Part shown: in pieces, positions 37,101-45,017 of the stretch | How the letters are laid out: each line of letters opens with the position of its first letter | Position numbering within the stretch: the stretch's first letter is position 1 | IMG/VR virus record: IMGVR_UViG_3300044522_000179 | Span: 1-64,000 of that record | Length of the DNA stretch: 64,000 nt | Strand: one strand, 5' to 3' | Source: a virus | Lineage: Duplodnaviria; Caudoviricetes | Position numbers and translations under genes: made by a program | The notes under the pieces: generated by a model | What the model was told of the DNA's origin: nothing | What the model saw: the letters and a program-made list of their open reading frames with translations, nothing else | Database searches by the model: none

Positions 37101-40100
37101 TCTTTGTGCTCCATTGCTTTTTCAAGATCAAGCAATTGTGGGGCTGATAGCGGTGCTGCAACCTTTGTTTTCTTTGCTGCCTTTGTGCCTTGAGAAATTA
37201 CAGGGGTTGTTCCTGCTCCAAGTCTGTTCATATTAACTACTGTTCCTTCTGGAACTTGAACTCCATGGTATGTGCCTGCTGGAAGAGTTATAGTTGATGA
37301 TCCAGTTACTACTCTTTTTTTACTATTAACTCTTTCATCAATGCTGTAGTCTAAGATTAAACCTTGTCTTTTTGCCTCATCAAGAATTTTTCTACTTTCA
37401 TCAGGTGTAGTTCCTAATCCCTTACCCATATTAAATCTATAGTCTGTTGCATACAATCCTTGAGATTTTACATAGCCTGGGTCGTTTGGACTTATTATTT
37501 TTGGAATTTCTTTCTTATATAAATTGTCAACTATTGAATCATTTATAAATGGGCTTTTAGATTCTTGAATTGACTTTAAGAATGCATTATCTAGCGCTTG
37601 TGCCTGTACTGCAGACATTCCAGATGGAGACCATTTGCCTGCTCCACCCTTAATCCATTCATCTATAAACTGTTGCTTAGGTACTCCACCAGTTAGGCTA
37701 GGCATTGCTTTATTCATCCACTCAGGGAAGTTGAACATAAGACTGTGCTTTGTTGTTGTTACTGGTGGCAAACCTTGTGATATTAGAACCTGTTCCATAG
37801 TTATAAGTTTTAACTTTTGATCGGGAGACATATTAGGATTGCTCTTAATAATGTCTGATATTAGTCTTGGCTCGCTGCGTCCGCCTACGTGTGTTTCATT
37901 AATTGCAACTGATTTAGCATCTGTTGTTGCTGCTACTTCAGGAGCAAATGCTAATCCTTGAACTCTTCCGCCTGCAACCATGTGTGCAATGGCTGGTCTA
38001 TTTGCTGGATCCTGTGCTGATTGTTGAGGGATTACTGCTTCGCCAGGAGTTAGGTCTGCGTTTACGCTATCTTTATTTCCAGTTCCTGGAACGCTTGTTG
38101 TTCCTTTACCATATTTTTTAGGTGTAGGCAAGCGCTTTCCAGCACTGGGACCCGTAAATCCTATTTGTGCTGCAATGGCTCTTCTGTATGCATTTGCCAA
38201 CATGTTAACTGCTGCTGTTTCAGAAGTAAAAGTTTGTCTTAATCTTTGATGAACCTGATCAAGTGATGCTGCAACTGCTGATGCTTCTAACTGTTCTTTA
38301 GTTAAATAGTTTGTCTGCTCGCCTAATATTTGACTTGATTGGCCTGTTCTGTTGTACATAGATTTTAATCCTGCAAACATTTTAATTATGTTAGCAACAG
38401 CGTTTGCAATCAAACCAAATCCCATTAAAAGAACTGGTCCAACACCAGCAAGGGCAACTGTAAGAATAGTTAAGAATTTTTTAGTACCGTCTCCTAAGTT
38501 ATTAAACTTGTCAAGAATTTTTCCAACAAACTCAACAATAGGGGTTAATGCTTTTAAGAATTGTTCTCCTACTGGAGCAATAGCCAATTTTAAATCTTCC
38601 ATTGATTTTTTAAATTTGTATGTTGTTGTATTCTGAATTTTATCTAATTCTCGTTGTGACAAGATTGCAAGTTCTTCTGTAGTTGCTTTTGTTAATGATA
38701 AGACTCTCTGTGCTTGTGTACCCTGGGTTGTTACGTTTTGGAACAGTGTGGAAAGTCTTGAAAACTGGAACTTACCAAATAGTTGTTCAATAGCACGAGC
38801 ACGGTTAAGTGGGTCAAGAGTATCAAGTGCTTGTGCAAAACCAACAACAGTTGCTTTAATGTCTCCTTGGTTGGCTTCAACAATTCCTTTAATATTTACG
38901 CCAAGTTCTCCAAGAAACTTGCTTGCCTTTGTTGATGGATTAATTAAAGATGCAAGACCAGACTTAAGTGCGTTGGCGCCTTCGGATGCATTGATTCCAC
39001 CTTCTTTCATTGCTGTAAGGAAAAATGCTAAGTCTTCAACGTTTCCACCAAGTTGCTTAACAACTGGTCCAGCCTTTGGAATTGCTATTGTTAAATCTTC
39101 AATAGATACTACAGTCTGGTTTTCAACTGCGTTAAGGAAATCAATTTTGTTTGCAAGATCTTCTGCTGCAACGCCAAAAGCGTTAGTTACAGAAATTGTT
39201 GTCTCTAATGCCTGCGTTTGTTCTACTCCGCCAAGAACTGCAAGCCTTGTTGCCTGTACAACTTGTGCAACTAATTCTGCACCCATCTTGCCCATTGCTG
39301 CAGCATCTGCAGCCATTTTCATTGTGTCTTCTATTGCAACGCCATACTTAGTATATTCTGTTGCAAGTTTTTGAATTTGCTTAACCATTGCATCAGTTTC
39401 TGCTTGTGTTGTAAACATTTCTCCATACACACGCTTAAACCTAATTGCCTGCTCTTCAAGTTTCATAAATGTTTTTGAAGCAACTGTACCAAGCATTGCA
39501 AGTGGAACAGTAAAACCAACCATTAACTGACGTCCTGCCCACTGAGTATTCTTACCAAAGTTTAGGAGATTGGTTGATCCTTGTCTTAATAATTGATTAA
39601 GTAGTTGTTGTCTCTGTGCAGCGATGGCTGTTTGTGTACCCAGATTTTTCATATCAAGCGTTAGAGGTCTTACCGCAATTGCTTGTAGTGCTCCATTGGC
39701 ACCTCTGCCCATCTTTACATACTGGGTCTGTATATCTTTTACACGCTCTCGTGCAACTTTATTTAATGTTTCAAATTCAGATCTAAAGAATCTTCCAAAA
39801 GTTTTTGTTGCTGCTCCAGTATATCTAAAATATTCTCTAGATGTTAACTTGTTTCTTTCTAAAGCATTAGTAAAAGACTCTGTACTTGATGTTACTGTTC
39901 GCATAGATGCTTGGAATTTTCCAGTAGCATTTATGCTGTTCATCAAGTTCTGTGCTTGATTTGCTGCTACCGCTGAGGCTGCGGTACCAGACTTTGCCAT
40001 TTGTGTATGGAAGGCTGATATTTGACGTTGTAGAAGTTTTAGACTTGCTAAAGCATCAGACGTATCAATATTTACATGAATATTGGATTCTACATCAGCC

Positions 40101-40102
40101 AT
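31151..40102 (-). CDS. Tape measure protein (2983 aa) with inserted non-helical region
   Basis: Size, position after the tail chaperones, TP901-like core (AMKEGGINASEGANALKS), Gly/Ala hydrophobic segments, coiled coils, terminal DTVPAMLTPGEFVM. Confidence 0.92.
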   Translation of the reverse strand: MADVESNIHVNIDTSDALASLKLLQRQISAFHTQMAKSGTAASAVAANQAQNLMNSINATGKFQASMRTVTSSTESFTNALERNKLTSREYFRYTGAATKTFGRFFRSEFETLNKVARERVKDIQTQYVKMGRGANGALQAIAVRPLTLDMKNLGTQTAIAAQRQQLLNQLLRQGSTNLLNFGKNTQWAGRQLMVGFTVPLAMLGTVASKTFMKLEEQAIRFKRVYGEMFTTQAETDAMVKQIQKLATEYTKYGVAIEDTMKMAADAAAMGKMGAELVAQVVQATRLAVLGGVEQTQALETTISVTNAFGVAAEDLANKIDFLNAVENQTVVSIEDLTIAIPKAGPVVKQLGGNVEDLAFFLTAMKEGGINASEGANALKSGLASLINPSTKASKFLGELGVNIKGIVEANQGDIKATVVGFAQALDTLDPLNRARAIEQLFGKFQFSRLSTLFQNVTTQGTQAQRVLSLTKATTEELAILSQRELDKIQNTTTYKFKKSMEDLKLAIAPVGEQFLKALTPIVEFVGKILDKFNNLGDGTKKFLTILTVALAGVGPVLLMGFGLIANAVANIIKMFAGLKSMYNRTGQSSQILGEQTNYLTKEQLEASAVAASLDQVHQRLRQTFTSETAAVNMLANAYRRAIAAQIGFTGPSAGKRLPTPKKYGKGTTSVPGTGNKDSVNADLTPGEAVIPQQSAQDPANRPAIAHMVAGGRVQGLAFAPEVAATTDAKSVAINETHVGGRSEPRLISDIIKSNPNMSPDQKLKLITMEQVLISQGLPPVTTTKHSLMFNFPEWMNKAMPSLTGGVPKQQFIDEWIKGGAGKWSPSGMSAVQAQALDNAFLKSIQESKSPFINDSIVDNLYKKEIPKIISPNDPGYVKSQGLYATDYRFNMGKGLGTTPDESRKILDEAKRQGLILDYSIDERVNSKKRVVTGSSTITLPAGTYHGVQVPEGTVVNMNRLGAGTTPVISQGTKAAKKTKVAAPLSAPQLLDLEKAMEHKEKLRAVAIEASQTAFGAKKPTNFGVQETQSSGRSNFMSTIGGIFTKPDGSKVFVKPMLSELDAIAEKRGTEIARAQGLLAPRQTIKTMIDPTDIDEPDVKKKRKIIVLESPYDSRFDPNTMPKTFTEKEYIKQTVAAALRGDKDLKKGNLGGNVVADVGAAGVFDTASGKRAYSSGLPSMEAIAMHNFKGVTGPNANGSPFWFGNATADIPQNIQSADEYERKIKEEINRTLPKLRKTIDGFKLKTGDPAKKVYEDMYKRLQAGLNADWKKVYNFHRSILVKPDEVLEDKKGNLKPIPTKPNNGKLKSDSGSIKDTRLAPASVASSVRQGPKGRIVGKANAPGSKNATVNAILAGVKGSVAKAKAAGATIGKTISQSAAASSRTALYGTGSIDADAKSLRRQMEKRQRAEAKTQAKMAASRTKLYGMGPMDADAKSMRRQMERRTKLANSVAYQKRIISERAAAQFTPAPSVSGTPMGPSMANGKFETTKLQRLKNNRQNAKVAGKGGMGIAGGVGMAAGAAMIGSMVPGKVGEISQKLMMPLMGLSMIIPMLKSPASALAVGLLATVGSFAALRMSFDKAADQVLEEGEKFKGSTSALQTIAKFGGKTTASEQMDLRRKNSFAMLGPATGKTTYGEAYAQTAEGKALTARISKQNAEGKGNVAVKDLGGQLSAAIMSGAMDMSQAKSLAMNAARQAGDMSIGIKVIAQLESLLGPNGENLVNDPLNVRINMVNANATNMKTSADNVKNAGVLQQLAGQKVTQGLGIGASALGGAAAGAGIGTALGPAGTLAGAIIGAGIGTAVGAIGGYFASKKYAKEAAVLGATYAVDAKIAMEQNKQMLDSLDMYYQKKIEELRLQGKINEALELEKEYLGDKEKGKVGKRDQLTAAQAKMQGDIVSQYNSAGGLQEAMMSGMKKATTAKYKNDPNQLAYIDTVNQQSKNLRKDGLIDSGQEFLIQAKMASGDIPPAVFRTLLQMATDNKDIAPKMMNIITKFSGATSESIGVAAQNILNAKGDINKTVQTKFITKVEAFEKDSDALDFTKNMIKLNNLNTVIPSDFMVSFYVDPKNKTAYEELNRVLDAIETQKPKTIDAVYNIMPQLKGTANFDEAYFKTLTDDQKLVYTTTIASIINIPEPQIEASEDYKAWLKEPAPHGGAGVSGSISYKIQKYREAQGYKAVTDNTSVGTKAPTGTTPNGDGNKVQSSPLDDLVKKLRDVRMNQIKVTEGWGASRKALDKLFGGNKTISVFSGIENDLRGLGTSQDFIELIVGMDPKVYEQKKNSLFKFDNKGNIVALKEDAKNIQEALNSITMGDWKSSMEADLKAIENQSTAFNKLANLGVPVAEAYQLVTDAGIAEAIANGVSNKNLETLINNYKRLTKEKEKYAAISGVKTDIAQFKKNTIQEGRLRSKYGAEDAFAISSDENLKLMESQLEAKEAQVKRLQTIGAPPAVIMAALGELSELVELFNTRLNQLKSTVEFMQGLFDKGFGNAMQAFDVQETALNIQFKIDTKSQNAIIKEAQNTIAAIQYEIDDKEAALKGIEDQEQKINDKYDERIKALDEVEKLNSSISNQQKGQLTLAEALTSGDISAAARAVQDMRAQAAADAVTKQKDAIEKSREYELSRVKTQGGKTRLDLEKEIKDLQDKIFKIEEDKLEPAQEFIRLRQIVLDKDIEGLTVLGLTKDAWEAIKNQVDLALIKSAAFVDSMKLALEIQAKLIAAYQAQPGNTSSNSAAQGPSPIISKPYVPDPEASPEANKEAEDAHKAAADAEAEANAALSEATAAALAAAAAIAELESQSAEIGKVAAGISALAIRKATNTTSLNKAVALAEGNLSPESIAINMSRALLSSKTMTKSLGGTAGALSTARYTGQAMKSMGLSAGGMVPKMFAAGGFAKGTDTVPAMLTPGEFVMSKYAVDSYGVDHMKKMNNGDLNSGAVYNNTYTLTVNAKTNANPNEIAQAVMSTIKQVDDRRIRGVSLNARN
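35771..35965 (-). repeat. Two-copy internal coding repeat (114-nt period) in the tape measure
   Basis: SRTALYGTGSIDADAKSLRRQMEKR / SRTKLYGMGPMDADAKSMRRQMERR. Confidence 0.85.
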
Positions 40103-40120
40103 CCATTAACACCTCTTTAT

Positions 40121-40444
40121 TTAGTTATTTGCAAGGTTGCCGAGTAGTGATGCGTCAGAAAGTTTAATTCCTGATGCCTCTTCGACAATCTTGTATACTG
40201 TTGGAAGATCTAGATTTTCTTCTAGGGCTTCCTTGTCTTCTGCCAATTCTGGCTTGTATTGTTTCATTGCGATTTGAACACAGTCCATTAACAAATCCAT
40301 AGACTTTTCGTTATCTTCTGCGACCTTTGCAATGTCTTCAAACTTCTTCATAAACGGACGAAGTAGAGAAATCTTAAGTGGTCTTACCTTGATCTTTGTT
40401 CCGTCGATCAGAGTTACTGTCTTTTCTTCAGTGGCGATTGCCAT
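40121..40444 (-). CDS. Tail assembly chaperone, short (G-like) form
   Basis: Between major tail and tape measure; paralogous to the N-half of 40501..41181; RBS AAGGAGG and own TGGTATACT at 40471..40479. Confidence 0.75.
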   Translation of the reverse strand: MAIATEEKTVTLIDGTKIKVRPLKISLLRPFMKKFEDIAKVAEDNEKSMDLLMDCVQIAMKQYKPELAEDKEALEENLDLPTVYKIVEEASGIKLSDASLLGNLANN

Positions 40445-40500
40445 TTATTCCTCCTTATAAGGTTTAGTAAAGTATACCACAAATCAGGCTTATTTTCCGC

Positions 40501-41181
40501 CTATTCGTAAACCTCATAATCAAGGCCCATGCCAATACCAAACCCTGCTCTTTCAGCATTTACTCCTTGTAGGGCCAGAATATCATTTCCATTTCCTGTT
40601 GCACCCTTGCTAAACACTCTAGCCTTCATATCTTCCCATTCATTACCGCTACCAGAATTTTTGTCTAAATCTACTCCCTGCATAGCAGCAGCAAACTTTT
40701 TATCACTGTAGTCTAATTCTCTTTTTATCTTTAGTGTGGCTGTTAGTTCTTGCATAGACATTGATGACTCTAATTGATCATAGTCTTTCCATATACCGAT
40801 TAAAAAAACCTCTGACTCTAGTTTTGCTAAGTCTAAGGTTTCCCATGTTGATCCACTGTCAACTGCCTGATTTTTAACAGTGTCTTCTGACTTCTCGTTA
40901 ATTTTGATTCCTGCTGCAACATCAATAACATCATAGATAGTTGGTAAGTCTAGGCTATCTTCTAAGTCTTCAATAGTTTTAATTGATGGGCAATATTGTT
41001 GCATTGCAATAAGAGCGCATTGAGCCAAAATAGATATTGATTCATCATCACTTTTTGCTTCTTTAATTTTTTCAAATGTTTCTAAAAATTCTCTTAGGTA
41101 TTTTATTTTTAATGGGGCAGCAACAATAACTCTATCATCTACTAGTGATATTTTCTTTGTATCATATATTTTTGTTGCCAT
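40501..41181 (-). CDS. Tail assembly chaperone, long (GT-like) form, leaderless
   Basis: Start moved to MATKIY; G-like N-half plus C-half IGIWKDYDQLESSMSMQEL...FAAAMQGVDL. Confidence 0.75.
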   Translation of the reverse strand: MATKIYDTKKISLVDDRVIVAAPLKIKYLREFLETFEKIKEAKSDDESISILAQCALIAMQQYCPSIKTIEDLEDSLDLPTIYDVIDVAAGIKINEKSEDTVKNQAVDSGSTWETLDLAKLESEVFLIGIWKDYDQLESSMSMQELTATLKIKRELDYSDKKFAAAMQGVDLDKNSGSGNEWEDMKARVFSKGATGNGNDILALQGVNAERAGFGIGMGLDYEVYE

Positions 41182-41196
41182 TATATAAGTATACCA

Positions 41197-41232
41197 AACA
41201 GAAAGGCCCAACCCCGAAGGATTGAGCCTCTC
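41197..41232 (-). terminator. Terminator hairpin with cUUCGg loop after the major tail gene
   Basis: Minus strand AGGCTCAATCC-TTCG-GGGTTGGGCCT-TTCTGTTT, followed directly by TGGTATACT (41188..41196). Confidence 0.8.
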
Positions 41233-41245
41233 ATATTAAGTTGTA

Positions 41246-41902
41246 TTATGCTGATAGTGTGCGGTCTACGATCTTACCGTAAGACGCATTATCGTTTGGA
41301 AGAAGACGGAATGAAACTTCAAACATTGAAGCCTCGTCGCGCTTTGCAGATACTGTTACGTTCTCAATTGAGAGTGCACGGTATGCTACATAAATTCTTT
41401 CCTTTGGATCTAGAGAAGAACCAGAACCTGGTCCTACTGCTACTAGACCACGCTCTAGTGGAACGTCGCCAATATCTCCAGCAGAAATCTTCATTGTTTG
41501 AAGTCCTGATGCTGTTGATAGATCTCCTGTATCTCCTGCAATTGCTACTAGAAGATTCTCTAGTGTTGCTTCTGCGAAAGATGTATTTAGATTAACTGTC
41601 ATACCTTGCTTGAATAAACGAGCAACGTCGAGAAGTTGATCTACTGCTACATCACCAAAGTCTGGTTGGAATGCGAGTTCTAAACCATTTGATGTGTATC
41701 CTATGTTTGTGTAATCTTCGTCAAGTGACAAAGTTTCCTTATAGGATGTTGCGGATGCTGTAAGTGCTGGAAGATCTAACGCTGCTTGAGTGTCAGTGAT
41801 TGCTCCTGTTGCGTCTACGTATCCGATTGGGCCTGCATCATGCGTAAATAGTGCTGCTGCACCTACGATAATGTTACTACTTGAACCACGGCTGTATGCC
41901 AT
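41246..41902 (-). CDS. Major tail (tube) protein
   Basis: NIIVGAAALF...IGYTSNGLELAFQPDFGDVAVDQLLD...FAEATLENL; position; RBS GAGGTG; start moved to MAYSRG. Confidence 0.85.
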   Translation of the reverse strand: MAYSRGSSSNIIVGAAALFTHDAGPIGYVDATGAITDTQAALDLPALTASATSYKETLSLDEDYTNIGYTSNGLELAFQPDFGDVAVDQLLDVARLFKQGMTVNLNTSFAEATLENLLVAIAGDTGDLSTASGLQTMKISAGDIGDVPLERGLVAVGPGSGSSLDPKERIYVAYRALSIENVTVSAKRDEASMFEVSFRLLPNDNASYGKIVDRTLSA

Positions 41903-41969
41903 ATATTTCACCTCTTTCATTTTTATTAAAAGGGGGTTGTTTCCTCACCTTAATTATACAACCTTTTTA

Positions 41970-42488
41970 TTATGCTGGTAGTTCTAATGGGTGCCAGTCG
42001 TAGTCGATAATTATCTTATTCCCCGCATAAGTACGGGCTGTTCCAAAGTCAACTATGTCTCTAGTTTCTTCGAGTTGGTATATCTTAAAATTGTGAAAGA
42101 ACATAGGCTTAGAATCTATGGTCTCATAATCTAGGTTTGCTTGTGCCCATTCATTAAGGTCTTTTGCTGAGTCGTCACCGTTATCAAGTAAGTCGCTTAC
42201 CTGTTGCTGTGTTATAACCATATTCCTTTGTGCGTCATTTCCTACTGAGTAAAAATAATATAGAAGTTGCTCACATTTAATGTATGGGAATGGAGTCCTT
42301 CTCATTTTAAACATTCTGTCGTATACTCCAAATACCCCGTTACTCTGTGGAAAGGTTTCAGTTAGTGCATCAATTTCTGTTGGAAGTGTTGGGAAAAAAT
42401 ATGTTGTTCCTTGAGAGTTAAATCCAGGATCTATTTTTGCTGCTAAGTATGCGTTAATAATTGTAGGTGGGTGATGAATAAGAGCCAT
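41970..42488 (-). CDS. Probable tail terminator/completion protein
   Basis: Synteny (immediately before the major tail gene). Confidence 0.55.
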   Translation of the reverse strand: MALIHHPPTIINAYLAAKIDPGFNSQGTTYFFPTLPTEIDALTETFPQSNGVFGVYDRMFKMRRTPFPYIKCEQLLYYFYSVGNDAQRNMVITQQQVSDLLDNGDDSAKDLNEWAQANLDYETIDSKPMFFHNFKIYQLEETRDIVDFGTARTYAGNKIIIDYDWHPLELPA

Positions 42489-43162
42489 TATGCACCCATC
42501 CCTGCGTTAGCAATCCAGCGATATCCAGTTGAAAGACCTTTAGCCTTACCAATTCTTTTGCCTGCTGGCATATCTTTTTTATATACCTGTGGATTTTCAA
42601 GATATCTTGCAACGCCACTTGTTCTTAAAAACGCTTGTGAGAAATATTTATTAAAAAACATGTCAAAGACTTTTTCAAAACCGCCTTCTACTTCTGTTCC
42701 TCCAGGGTTTAAAATTTCTACAGGCCCTCTTGTAAACACCGTTTCTCCGTTATCATCAAACGCTAATATCTGTGCAACTCTTGGTCTAATTGTAACTGGA
42801 ATTCCTTCTTCCATGATTCTTGCTTTATCATAAAATGGTGTGCGTGATCCATCTTTAATAGATTTAGACTGACTAAAAGATGATCTAAAAGATAGTCCTA
42901 GATTGCTTGTTGTGTATGAAATATCGTATAGCCTTGCTTCTGGGCTTCCAGTCATAGTCCATTCATAAACATGATGAAGCATCTGTGGGTTAACCCTTGC
43001 ATTAGAATCTATAAACTCTTTCATTATTTCTACTGTTTCCATTCCTAGAGTTTTTAGGAATACAGTCTTTCCTCTTTGAATGCCCTCTAAAAATCCTACA
43101 GAATAATTAACAATATTGTTCATATCTTTTTTAAATTGTTTTGAATTAAATGTTGTTATCAT
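42488..43162 (-). CDS. Probable neck/tail completion protein
   Basis: Synteny; LHHVYEW and KARIMEEG motifs. Confidence 0.55.
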   Translation of the reverse strand: MITTFNSKQFKKDMNNIVNYSVGFLEGIQRGKTVFLKTLGMETVEIMKEFIDSNARVNPQMLHHVYEWTMTGSPEARLYDISYTTSNLGLSFRSSFSQSKSIKDGSRTPFYDKARIMEEGIPVTIRPRVAQILAFDDNGETVFTRGPVEILNPGGTEVEGGFEKVFDMFFNKYFSQAFLRTSGVARYLENPQVYKKDMPAGKRIGKAKGLSTGYRWIANAGMGA

Positions 43163-43608
43163 ACATCACCTGATTGATTTTCTGATCTTCTAATTACAAT
43201 TTTGTAAGATTCAACTACACCAAATGGACCAGTAAAAGGTTCATAAGTTGCTACCTCAAACAAAGTACCTTTACCAGATCTTGGACCCGAAGTCTCCATA
43301 TAAACAAGGTTTCCTTCTTGGTCTTTGATGTCAGATATTAAGATATTTGTTAGGGCATTTTTGCTATCTAGCAAAGAAATTCTGATGTCAGACTTTATTC
43401 TTCCAACTAAGATTGAGTTCTGTGTAATATTTACGTTCGGTTTTACCTCTTCTTTAAATGCTGATCCACCTGAAGAAAAACTACAAGCAAAAACTCTATC
43501 AAGAACCCACTGCTTTTTAATTACTCCAAAGTCACCCTGATCAACTATTGGATGATATAAAGATGCCTGCATTGGGAACATAAAGTCTGGTGTTTCGCAA
43601 ACTGTCAT
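43159..43608 (-). CDS. Probable head closure (stopper) protein
   Basis: Synteny and size. Confidence 0.55.
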   Translation of the reverse strand: MTVCETPDFMFPMQASLYHPIVDQGDFGVIKKQWVLDRVFACSFSSGGSAFKEEVKPNVNITQNSILVGRIKSDIRISLLDSKNALTNILISDIKDQEGNLVYMETSGPRSGKGTLFEVATYEPFTGPFGVVESYKIVIRRSENQSGDV

Positions 43609-44504
43609 TATAACACCCCAAGTTTTGTAATAGACTTAGCATACTTTGAAAGTATCTTGTCTACAATTATATTTCCCGTTCCTTCGAAAAGACCCTTGTC
43701 AAATTGAATTCTAAATTGATCTGTATTGTAAGAAGAAATAAATCTCTTGTAATAATCTAATTTGCCACACTCTATATCGTGAACAAGCATTTCTGTTGCT
43801 CTAACAATGTCTGATGGAACTGCAGTATATCCATGCTCAACAGTTACTAGATAATCCCAACCTCTTCCAAACCCTCTATAGATAAACTGAGGATCTAGTG
43901 AGTCAGATGCTGCTGCAGGCAAAACTAGTGGTGCTGATTCTGCTCTATTAATGTTGTCTGTTGACTTTTCAATAATTGCTGTCTTGTCTGACGAGACTTC
44001 GTATTCTCTATCTTCTACTAATTTATTGTTTTCATATACCGTCAAAACTTTTTTAACATCATCCCAAACTGGAAGATAATCTGCTCCAGTTCCTTCAAAG
44101 TGTAAAACTTTTTTCTTATAATAAAATCCTTCTGGAATTACAGAATCTATTACCGCTCTTGCAATTTCTTCATTTAAAGCATAGGCTGCAATGTCTGATG
44201 CTGTTGTTGCCTTTGTTGATGGGGCTACATAAGGTCTTACGATTTCATAAGTTTCATCTTTAAGAATTGTTTCTCCAACTGCACCAAGATTTTTAACAAT
44301 TTCAAGCCTATAAGAAGAATCATACTTTCCTGGCAAAGATATATTAAGAATGTTTCCTGATACTTTATTTAAAAATGTTAATGTTGATACTGAAAGATCC
44401 GCCATATCTGTTATGCTGGCAGTTATTGTTGATGATGTGATTCCAACAGGAACAACAAAATTAACAGATATATCTGCGTATGGCGAAACTCTCAATATCT
44501 CCAT
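43608..44504 (-). CDS. Probable head-to-tail adaptor
   Basis: GYTAVPSDIVRATEMLVHD...GTGNIIVDKILSKY adaptor-like C-terminus. Confidence 0.65.
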   Translation of the reverse strand: MEILRVSPYADISVNFVVPVGITSSTITASITDMADLSVSTLTFLNKVSGNILNISLPGKYDSSYRLEIVKNLGAVGETILKDETYEIVRPYVAPSTKATTASDIAAYALNEEIARAVIDSVIPEGFYYKKKVLHFEGTGADYLPVWDDVKKVLTVYENNKLVEDREYEVSSDKTAIIEKSTDNINRAESAPLVLPAAASDSLDPQFIYRGFGRGWDYLVTVEHGYTAVPSDIVRATEMLVHDIECGKLDYYKRFISSYNTDQFRIQFDKGLFEGTGNIIVDKILSKYAKSITKLGVL

Positions 44505-44510
44505 CTTTAA

Positions 44511-44927
44511 TTATCCAAAAGCCTTTTCGACTTCTTCAGGTGTAGCAATACGAACATGTGAGCGAGTTAGCCACTTGTCTGCTTGCTTTTGTGTTACGAT
44601 GTTGTAGCCCCTATTAAGAGTTCCAACCTCTTCCCAACGAACGCTCTTTGTTGAAAAAAGCGCTACCTTTCCTGAAAGGTTTACATCTGTGTTAATTGTC
44701 TTACTTGCGCCGTCTGCTGCCATTGATCCAATAGCACCTGTCTCTGTAAAGCCTAGTGCTTGAACTGGCTCAACTGCTGCTGGTGCTTCTACCACTGCTT
44801 CAACTACTGCTTCGACTACAGGTTCTACTGTAGGCTCTACTGCAACTTCTACTACTGGTGCTTCGACATGGTCATTCTCTTCTGCATTTTCTGCTGAAAA
44901 CGGATTGTTATAATTATTATTTTCCAT
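44511..44927 (-). CDS. Hypothetical acidic Val/Glu-rich protein
   Basis: ORF track; RBS AAGGAGG; TGATATAAT at 44946..44954. Confidence 0.75.
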   Translation of the reverse strand: MENNNYNNPFSAENAEENDHVEAPVVEVAVEPTVEPVVEAVVEAVVEAPAAVEPVQALGFTETGAIGSMAADGASKTINTDVNLSGKVALFSTKSVRWEEVGTLNRGYNIVTQKQADKWLTRSHVRIATPEEVEKAFG

Positions 44928-44960
44928 TGTATCCTCCTTGTTTGTATTATATCATTAAAG

Positions 44961-44996
44961 TATTAAGGGGGACAGGAGAGTGAACTCCCGCCCCCC
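44961..44996 (-). terminator. GC-rich hairpin after the major capsid gene
   Basis: Minus strand GGGGGGCGGGAG-ttcact-CTCCTGTCCCCC-TTAATA; the U tract is weak. Confidence 0.65.
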
Positions 44997-45017
44997 ATTA
45001 AAGGTACTGATTACAGA

